Of a stretch of DNA of 64,000 bases, positions 54,165 through 64,000 are shown piece by piece. Below the pieces are notes generated by a model. The model was given only the letters and a program-made list of their open reading frames with translations, was not told where the DNA came from and did not search any database. The position numbers and the translations under genes were made by a program. The DNA is from Paraspadella gotoi (Eukaryota > Animalia > Chaetognatha): contig CM119265.1 of NCBI GenBank assembly GCA_051294375.1, positions 19,519,642 through 19,583,641 of the forward strand, read 5' to 3'. Every line of letters begins with the position of its first letter. Within the stretch, counting starts at the first letter, position 1.

Positions 54165-56313
54165 ACCAATCACCGTGGTCTGAAAAAAATATTTATTAGA
54201 TGATGCGGCGAAAATTACGAACCAAGAAAAGGAGCAAAAGACCCACGATTTTCGGAAATGACATATTTTATACTCTCTGTTCGATAGTTTTATTTATTTT
54301 TCACGAAACTTACCCTTGATTTGTACAATTTTCTAAACGTACCGACGAACGAAGTCCCGTGACTTCTCGATCGTCGATCTTTGTTATCAACGTTACATTT
54401 TACAATCATGACTAGTCACTCGTTTTTTTGAATTATGTTTCCACTCGTTTCGTTTTCGATACCGAAAAAAAAAGAAATCTGTTTGATGCTCAATTATTTA
54501 TACTTATTTATAAATTTATTTAAATAAATCGAAAGCAATAAAAAATTTCTTCCTTGAGTTTTTGTTTTGTTTTGAGGGAGCGAAGGAGGTTGAGATAAAA
54601 AATATCATTATTTTGAACGAATCTGATATCATGAAATGACATGTGAGAATAGAACTACTTACTATTGCCCAAAACACCATGCCAACACGGTTCGCTCTTT
54701 CACCACAAAATCATCAGAACTTGTTAAAACTCGAGAACGAGGGTAATCTTCGAATCTCCTTTGCATAAGAATCTCCCCGCGGGTGTGAAACGTAAAACTC
54801 CACGCCCTTTCTTTGATAGATTTGATTGATCTGCAAGAATCACGCCTTTATTCTACGTTTGTAGGTACGTTTGCTTTGGAGCGATCAATGTACATAGTCG
54901 ATATAACTTATATATGCAATTAAAACTTGAACAAATACTTGAAAGTGACAAAGCCATCACATTAAATCTTCGTTCCGATCATTGACGAAGTTGTCTTACT
55001 ATTCCTTTCCTTTGCGATCCAGCGATTATTTTTTTCAACGAGCCTTGATTAGTTCGACAATGGAATCGTCCTAGAGACCAAGCGTGCGTGCGAAGAACCG
55101 CGAGTACGTGCGAGGAACCGTTCACGCGCGCGAGTCTTTGCGGATTAACACGTTTTACGAGTTTCACGCGCGCGCATTATGCATGCGGAGGCGGGCAAAG
55201 GAGGAGTTGGAAGGGGATGGAAAATGAGAGTTGCGAGTTCGGAGATGGAAAGAGATGGAAAGGAGATTAAAGATGGTGGGAAGAGATGGAAGGAGGGAAC
55301 AGATGGAAGAGATGGAAGGTAAAAGATAACAGATTAAAAACTCTGAACAAGGTTAGAGATGGTGGAAAAGAGGGAAAGTTTTGCATTTAAGGAGAGAGAT
55401 GTAATTAATAAAATTTAAACAGAAAGAGAAAGAGAAAAAACGGATGAATTTACAAGCGCACAATTTGGAAACAGTCTGAAAGAAAGATTAGAAGAAAAAA
55501 AACCCCCATTCCATCCCTACTAAGAAAGGCAGGAGACGGATGGGGGGGGGGAGAGAGGGGAAGAGCGGAAGAGAGTTCGAGTCTCTAGATTCGAAGTGGA
55601 GGGAAAGAGGATCAGGTCAGTCCGTTTTCTTCCTTTTCATTTGACGCTCCAACGATTTCGTCTCTCTGGATCCCGGGGAAACTCGGCGGAACGGGGAGAA
55701 AGTTCTGACCGACGTTGCCAGGGTGATTGATCACGCATCGCAGACCCAAACCTCATTAATGGGTTATGGCGTCTGGCAACTAACTCGAGCCGAGTCTCGA
55801 AAGGAAAAAAAAATATTTTGATAGTGTTTTAAAATGATAAAATAAGTAACGGTCGTAGTTTAAAAGTAGTGAATAAGTTCCGAGAGAGAGAAAATGGTCA
55901 TTGCTAATGGTATTATTAATGTGACTTTAATTTTTTATTTCATTGTGACAAAGATTTTTTGAAATTTTAGATTTGAAATTTGAATTTTGACATGCATCGA
56001 AATATACAATATTACAGTATAAATTCGATCGTACTTTTTTGTTGATTTCGGAAATTGTGTCAATATTTTTATTCATCCTTTCAAATGATTTTAAGATTAT
56101 AATTGTTTCTGATATCGAAGTGAATATTACTCCATAAACATCACCACGATTCAACGATGTCAAAACAACTGGAGAAACGAATTTCTTGCAAATATTTTCT
56201 TNNNNNNNNNNTCTCCTCCATTTTCCTTTCAAACTCCCCCGCCAGACGATTTTTTCTTTCATAATTCCCAAAACACCATTTTCATTCTCATCCCTCTCTC
56301 TCTCTCTCTCTTT

Positions 56314-56405
<92 letters not shown>

Positions 56406-56708
56406 AGCGGCCACCAAGCGCAGAATTTTCTCTCACTTTGTTGCCTCTCAAGCATTTTTCCGCCCGGGAAAACTTGCTATTGGATCCGCACCATCAGATG
56501 CGGAATTCTTTGGTACCACGAGATCCAGAATTCATGGTATCATCACCATGAGACGCGAAACAGTTGGATCAGCATGAAACATAGAGCACTTTTGAGTAAC
56601 GCCTTAAAACGTAACCAACACTTTTGTGCATGTTGATGAATATTTGAATTATGTCGTTTTAAAATTTAAATTTGTTTAAGTGAGTCACTTTATTTGCCAT
56701 TTTATTTA

Positions 56709-56709
<1 letters not shown>

Positions 56710-56741
<32 letters not shown>

Positions 56742-56742
56742 G

Positions 56743-56800
<58 letters not shown>
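56710..56800. repeat. (CAT)n microsatellite
   Basis: About 30 CAT units. Confidence 0.95.
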
Positions 56801-59661
56801 AACGGAATCGTCAGATTTTAATGATTCATTTGACGTCTTCGTCGTTGTCGTCGTTGTCGTCGTTGTCGTCTTCGTTCTCTTCGTTCCCTTTTTTCACTTT
56901 TTTTCATCGATATCTGGATTTGATAATCTCTGTAAGTCAGTCAAATCAGTCAGTTATTCTCACGAATTCAAATTTTGACTTAAATATTATCATGTTTTTT
57001 TTTCACGAAAGAATTATAACATTTATATAATAACGGTTACGAAAATCCCCCGACTTCTCTTTTAAACTAAGTCGATGAAATACGAAATTATTTAATACTG
57101 AATATAATTAATTAGACTTTTCTTCTTATCATCGAAAGGACACATCTCTCTTGTTTTCTTCTGTTTTCTTCTTTCATCAATCTATCTATAATTTATCCCC
57201 TCTACATTTGTTTTATTTCATTTTTCCGGTTTTTTTTCCACGATGCAATGAATCATGAAACGTTATGGCCTCTGATGGTCAAAGCGAAAACGAGTCTTCT
57301 TCATCTTTATCGTTCGGACAACAAACCTTATGGCGCCGTTTGCGCGGCGATGCGTGCCACCGTTCTTGCTACGCTAATGGGCGCGCTTCTTGCCACGTAG
57401 CTGTCGTAGCTTGGAGCGTTATGGAGATTTTTACAGTTACTACTAACAATATACCTTCCTTTGCATTTTCGCTGTAGCTTCGTTGGTGAAACTGAATAAT
57501 GACACTAGTTTTTTTATTAATAACAAAAACGATATTAATATAATTGAATACAAAAGACAGATACGTTATCATTTTTTTCTTTGAAGGAAAGGTGAACCGG
57601 ATTTCTAAACGAATAAGACTCATCATTTTAAAATAAAATACACGATTCCTCGTTTTATGGCAACTAAGATCATAATTTAACCAACTTTCGACAAAAAATC
57701 TCATTGAGCCTCAATTTCAGGGATCTTTTTCTAACCTTCGTAAAACGATGGATATTTTTTTTTTAAATTTAAGCGGGTAACAAAAAATCTTTATGTCTTA
57801 ACAAATTAAATAGTTTTAAACACTGCAATATGCAAAAAGAATTTCGAGTTCCAAATTTTTAAACACAGCAAGCGGAAGAAAAGTAATTTAAATAAACGAC
57901 TTTAAATAGGTATACTTAGTTCACAAAGACGTAACTATTTTTTGAGCTTAAAAAAAAATAAATCTTGTACGTAATTAAGTTATAATTGCTTTATTCTCCC
58001 CTTTTTTTCATACCTTGGGATTGATTTCTCTTTTTATTTAACTCACTTTTTATTCTACTCACTTCATTCTTACCCTGAACGATGATCTGTCAAATAAGAT
58101 CGAAATATTGGTTTTCTATAAAAGAAAAAAAAATACTGCACTTGATCCCAAATTCGACGTTTTCTTAATCATAAATCAAATCTTATTTTCATCTTATTTT
58201 ATTACTATATTCTATGTAATTACATAATTCTTCCGCTTTCTCTACATTTTATTTCCGTTCTTGTCGTTTGCTCCTTCCCCTTTTGCTCCTCATCCTCTCT
58301 CTCTCTCCAAAAGGCAAAACTCGTTCTTCGTCTTTTCCAAACGCTAATCGAGTTTAGGCTGATTTATTTTTTTCCTATTTTTAGAATCGACACGAGCGAA
58401 AAAAAAAAAATTAAAAAAGGATTAAATATATCAACGGAAAAAAGATTCGGCGCCATCTTGAGAGAGACGCTCTTTTAAGAGATTTGCCAGAGTATAACGA
58501 ATTTAATTTGTGGCAATTAAACTAAAAGCGCGCTCGATGCAGCGGCCTTTTAGCTGTACCTTCCAACTTCGTTTAAGTTTAATACTTTCCTTTAATTTCT
58601 TAGCGACTCTCTCTCTCTCTTTCTCTCTCTGTCTCTCTCTTTCTCTCCTCTCTCTGTTCTGTCTTCTGTCTCTGTCTACTCTCTCTCTCTCTGCCTCTCT
58701 CTCTCTTTCTCTCTCAGGTCATCTCTCTCTCTCTCTCTCTACTCGGTCTCTCCTCGTCTCTATTCTCGTCCTCGATCGCAGTTCCCTGTCCTGGCCTCTC
58801 CATCCCCTCCTTCTATCCTCTTTCCATCCCCTCTTCCAAATATGGTTTTCTCTCATCCTCTTCCAACTTCCGGTTATTTTCGCGCCATGGAAACGAGTGA
58901 CGCCAGTCGGATCCCAGAGTTGAATTGCTAGAACTTCGGATGGAACCAATGGAACTTTTCTAGCTTTTCTGATTTTTGACGANNNNNNNNNNNNNNNNNN
59001 NNNNNNNNNNNNNNNNNNNNNNNNNNNNNNNNNNNNNNNNNNNNNNNNNNNNNNNNNNNNNNNNNNNNNNNNNNNNNNNNNNNNNNNNNNNNNNNNNNNN
59101 NNNNNNNNNNNNNNNNNNNNNNNNNNNNNNNNNNNNNNNNNNNNNNNNNNNNNNNNNNNNNNNNNNNNNNNNNNNNNNNNNNNNNNNNAGAGAGAGAGAG
59201 AGATTAAGCGAAAGAAAAAGATAGAGAGAGAGAGCGTGACGCGGAAATTGGCTGGGGACCCCGGAAGCCCCGATTCCGTATGATAAAAGGGGGAAAATGA
59301 AGGCAGAATCCGAGGCCGACAGTTTTACGGCGAACGGGCGGACGATGGCGGGGAAAATCTCGGTCGGTTGTCGGGCAAAGGTCGGAATATTGTCGGGCAA
59401 ATATACGAAACGAACGGGATTTCTTGCTCGCCCTTCCGTAGAAACGTGGTTAGTGTAGTTGTTGTTTACTCACTTTTATTTTCCCCGATGCGTTTATGTT
59501 CTTTTTCCCTTAACGCTTTGTTTGCCGCCCGGCGTGNNNNNNNNNNNNNNNNNNNNNNNNNCCACGGACTCTCTCTCTCTCTTTCTTTTCTCTCTCTCTC
59601 TCTCCTCTCTCTCGTCTCTCTCTTATCTCTCTCTCTTCTCTCCTCTCTCTCTCTGTCTCTG

Positions 59662-59692
<31 letters not shown>

Positions 59693-61729
59693 TCGCTCTC
59701 TCCTCTCCATCCGGTCCTCGCGGTCGCTTCTTTTTATTTGAATCAATATAGCTCTCTTCCTCGTACGAAAAATCTTCAATCACCCTAACCTTTGCCGATT
59801 GGGATCGCGGATAAAAGGAGGTGGGAGGATGAAACATCGGAAAGGGGGAAGGAAAAGAAAAAATGGGATATAAAATGAACGAAAAGGAAGAAAAAAAAGT
59901 GACAGAGAGAGGAGAGAGTCAGAGGTCACTTAAGATATATGGAATTGGGAAAGAAAGGAGGAAAAAGGAACAAAAGAAAGAGAAGAAAGAAAAATATAGA
60001 AAAAGAAAGAAAAGACGAAAGAAAGAAAGAAAGAAAGAAGAAAGAAAGATAAGAAAGAAGAAGAAAGAAAGCCGAAGAAAGAAAGAAAGAAAAAGAAAGA
60101 AAGTATAAGAGAAAAAAGAAAGAAAAAGAGAAAAAAAATATAAAAGAAAAAAGGACAAGAAAGTAGGGACATCAATATATTCGATCTACGTCGTTATGAA
60201 AAACCATCGGGTTTCCATTTTTCCTGATGTAATTCCGAATCTCTGTGGCTGCGAATCGTAACGAGTGAGATATTGAAATAAGTATTAGGAAGGCCGTCGA
60301 TGAGGATAATAAATCATACATATATTTTTAAACAATTGGTTCATCAAAAAATATTAAGAATTAAAATAAAAGTGGTTTCAAATCCTCGTCGTCGCTTTGA
60401 TTTCAAAAGAGATTTGTCTTTTCTTTCCTCCATCTTTAAGATCTTAATGCCTGCGGAAGCGCGTCTCTCTCTCTCTCTTCTCTTCTCTCTCTCTCTCTTC
60501 CTCTCTCTCTCTCTCTCCCTCCCTCCCTCCTTCTGCGTTTCAACGACGAGCAAAAGATAGCTGTTTTATTCGAACCATAAAACAATCGTCTCGCCCATTT
60601 TGTTCCTTGAAGTGGCCAGTTGGCGGAGACGAGGAAGATGAGCGGCGGTGTGGAGGGCGAGGAGGGAGGGAAAGGAGGAGGAGGAGGAGGGGAGGAGACG
60701 AAGATAAAAGGAAAAAATGTTGAGTGTTATTGGAAGGGGAGGAAGAGAGAGGACGAGGAGAGAGAGAGAGAGAGAGAGACCGAGAGAGCAGAGGATGAGA
60801 GAGAGAGGAGGACGAGAAGAGAGGAGAGAGATAGATTTTGTTGAACGTTGAAAAATTATAAAAAGGTTGCGATAGAGAAAATGATATGCAATATAAGTCG
60901 AAAATAAAATAGATAAAAAATTATTACAAACACGGTTACGGCGTGTTTTTTCATTTCGTCAAAACAATGAGCTTCAACAAAGCACATTACATAAATAAAT
61001 GATATACATCTAATACTTAAGGAGTGGTCTTTTCATACAATTGAAACATTCTTTGAAATATTATACCACTTCATTGATAGCCAGGTACTCTGGGAGTGAA
61101 AATAAACGAGGACCTTCTGTTTCATTTTCTTGTAAGAGTGATTGGAGGCCTTAACACCAAAGCCTGTCCAAAGTCATAGGGGCAAGAATGCCTTAATTAT
61201 TAAATGAATGGATTCAATTTTTATATCTGGTTGTCCATTTCATTGTATGTTTTGTCGTTTAGCAACAATCCAACTTACTCCAGACGAAAGATCTTTCAAA
61301 TCCGATTTCAAACCGCTTCAAAATAGATCGACCTCATCTAAGTGTTTGTTGTCCTCCCTACTTCTTCGTCTCGTAATTTCAAATGTTCAATGCGATCGAA
61401 AATAAACAATCTCGAGCTTCAAAAACTCGATTGTGTTTCTCGAGAAAAAAAAATGACGAGAGAAAAAAAACCCCAGCTTAGCTCAAGAAGTTGCACCACA
61501 GTTTTTCGTGTTGAAGATGCATTTTTTCGTAATTATGTAAGAGTACGTTTTATTGATACCTTAGTCTCTCTGCAAATATGCTGACTATAACTAATCAGTT
61601 TATGAGAATTTAGTTTCAGGTCACTTAATTTAATATTCATTTCAGCATCTCATAGTACATTACCTTACTAGAAAGTATTATTATTCAACTGATTTATTAT
61701 TAGCTAAAAAATAATAATATTTAAAATAT

Positions 61730-61799
61730 AAGTGAGACCGACTAACGGTACAGACCGACCAAAAGCTTCTTCGAATATATTCGCGCCGCAACTAAAAAA
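61730..61799 (+). mobile_element. Diverged copy of the HINE-like element at 19652-19749
   Basis: taagtgagaccgactaacggtacagaccgaccaaaag...tcgcgccgcaactaaaaa shares its start, GACC repeats and 3' end with the 19.7 kb copy. Confidence 0.45.
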
Positions 61800-64000
61800 G
61801 AAGCAAATACGGCGAAGTAAACAAAATCACAAGCGCGTTTGAGATCAAAAAAAGGGAAAGTCGGACGTAAAACAATATCGGTGGCGCCATCGCTGGAGCG
61901 ATTCACCTGGCGCAAATATAAGTGGAGGCGGGGGGGGAGGTGGAGTTCGAGGTTTAAGGGGGGCGTCTAGAGTTTTGATCGCGAGATTGAGATTGAAAGG
62001 CGTCGGTGAGAACTTGAGAGTTTGGGGGGGGGCGTCAGGAACGGGTGCGAGGGATGCGGCGGTGATAAAAGAGCATCACAGCGATTCCCCTCTCATCGAG
62101 ATAAAGAGGCGCGGGAGAGGAGAAGCACGCCGGAAATAAAACGGTGCCGACGGATTTGTCTTTTCATTACAACCGGCGTCACGAAGTTCGGGTCAAATTC
62201 GGTTTGAGGCGTCCCGGCGTCGGTCGGCGTCGTCAGGGATTCGTTTTCCTTATCTCGTCTCTCGTCTTTAATTTGGATCGAATCTCATTTCGAAGACGAT
62301 TTCTTGTTCTCAATCCGAAGTTCGGATCGGAATCCGCCCGGGTTCCTTCTCTTCTACTTCATTCCCATTCTTCTTCATCCATCCCGTATATTTTCTTCTC
62401 ATGCTCATCTCATTTCGGTCTCTGCTCTCATCTAATCTATCTCATCATATTAATATCACTACTGTTCTCAGTCTCAGTTTCGAATTCATTCCGATCGCTC
62501 TTTGAATATTCGATTGCTTTCATTTCTATCCCGACAGACAATTTTTTCCACGTCCTCATATTCGGATCTCCAAAACCCGTATCATCGAATTTCATCTGGT
62601 GAAACAGTGAAGGTCCCTTTCATGTTAGAATCTTGGGTTTTCTGTCGGGTTTTTTTTACCCGGTTTCCACGTCTCTGATTTAGCCTGGTCTACTCCATTC
62701 AGTCTCCGATAATGGAATACAAAATTACTAGTTAATTAAATTAATTTAATTAATTAAATTAAAATTAAAAGTAAACAAAAAGAATTTAAACAAAATAAAA
62801 CTAGGAATTTTTGTATTAATCCATTCTTCCCTGTATCGATGTTTTCGAGGGTGGGGACGGAGAATAGAAATTCAAAAGAACTTTGCAAAAAGAAAAAAAA
62901 GGAAAAAGGAAGAAAGGGAAAAAAAAGGGAAAAAAGAAAAAAAAATGGGCGGCATAAATTTTGTGGTCGGCGGGTAGAGAGAGGGAGACGAGAGAATATA
63001 GTATAAAGAGAGCTTAGCTAAAAATATGATGATGCTCAAATTCGAAGTGCAGCATTACATATATAATACATACAGCGATCCGAAAGTTTTAAATTTCCCA
63101 ATTAAACAGTTTTCATTTCTGACGACGAATGTAAACTTGGAGAAAGACAGAACGGGGCTAAGGAGGCTCGGAGGGGAGGGGAGAGAGAGGCGGAAAAGAA
63201 GATTCCGGGCCATAAACTCTGGGATGGATCTGCGTCGCTGGGAACAAGGATTAACGCGTCGTTCTGCTCTTTGAGGCCTTCGATTTTTAAAAAGGGTGGA
63301 GATTCGGGGTTGAAGGGGGGGAGCAAAGGGTTTTGGGGTGAAAGGGGTGGGGGGTGGCGGGTGGGTAAAAGATGAGGGTGATAAGGGAAGTTAGGGATAT
63401 GGGGGAAAATGATTTCGGTTGTGAACTGGCAGTGACGACGATAAAACGATTCGGGTAAGCGGAAAGTGAATGCAGTTATTTGCATACTTACTACTGCGCA
63501 TCGCGTACTATTTATAGATAATATTAAAAAACGCGGATAAAATCTTCGCAATTTTCTTTCAAAATAGAAAAGTCGGCATAAGTTTGAAAGCTTTAGTACA
63601 AAAACAAAAAAAAAATTTTGGTAAATTTCTGCCGGATTGGAAATTGGCGTCTCCCCGTCCAAGAGGCTTTAATTCCTAGGATTCCTTTTACAGCTGAGAT
63701 TCCTAACAAAGGAACGAAAAATTGGAGGAGAAAAAATTTTCGATGCGAATAAATTTGTGAGAGAAAAAAGAAAAAAAAGGAGAAAAAGGAAAGAAAGGCA
63801 AAAACTTATTGGCTTTCGTCGCATAAATTTACAGAGACCCTCGTTCATATTCAAGATCTAAATTCAATGTAAAAGGTCAATTATTACATGTATTCATTAA
63901 TTCTTTCTCCGTCTGTTTTTTTTTTCGTCTTTCTTCTCATTTCTTAGCTCCGTCATTTTCTCTCTTTTTTTGTCTTGTCTGTATATCTTTCTATTTTTTT

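Noticed and set aside
55713-55780. GTTGCCAG...CTGGCAAC inverted repeat as a MITE
   Set aside because: Only 8 bp long, with no TSD and no second copy in the window.
58448-58460. YY1-like GCGCCATCTTG (and CTCF-like words at about 56405 and 61880)
   Set aside because: Isolated short motifs expected by chance, with no linked gene start identified.

Overview
Eukaryotic (invertebrate animal) draft-assembly sequence: intron-rich, AT-rich, dense in (GA)n and other microsatellites, with N gaps. Genes reconstructed by reading splice sites: (1) a UBXN10-like UBX-domain gene (-, 5788-8169, with a duplicated last exon at 1687-3248); (2) tRNA-Leu(AAG) plus a decayed neighbouring copy; (3) a 4-exon METTL27/WBSCR27-like SAM methyltransferase (+, 20240-21650); (4) a 10-exon laminin-gamma/netrin-related gene (-, 33002 to 22219, scrambled by the assembly) that appears to encode only signal peptide + LN domain + 2 LE repeats; (5) a class II myosin heavy chain with 22 coding exons (+, 46941-54164) with an intact motor but a tail of only about 230 aa. 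About 15 kb of the window is redundant: one direct duplication, one short inverted duplication and two 5-6 kb fold-back palindromes. Each abuts a 25-N gap, and the second arms of the palindromes carry many indels, so all are most likely gap-filling or fold-back read artefacts. The best candidates for new biology are the short-tailed myosin II and the miniature laminin-gamma. Two hairpin-rich 250-270 bp intronic inserts also deserve a look. Family assignments rest on recalled motifs, not on database searches.
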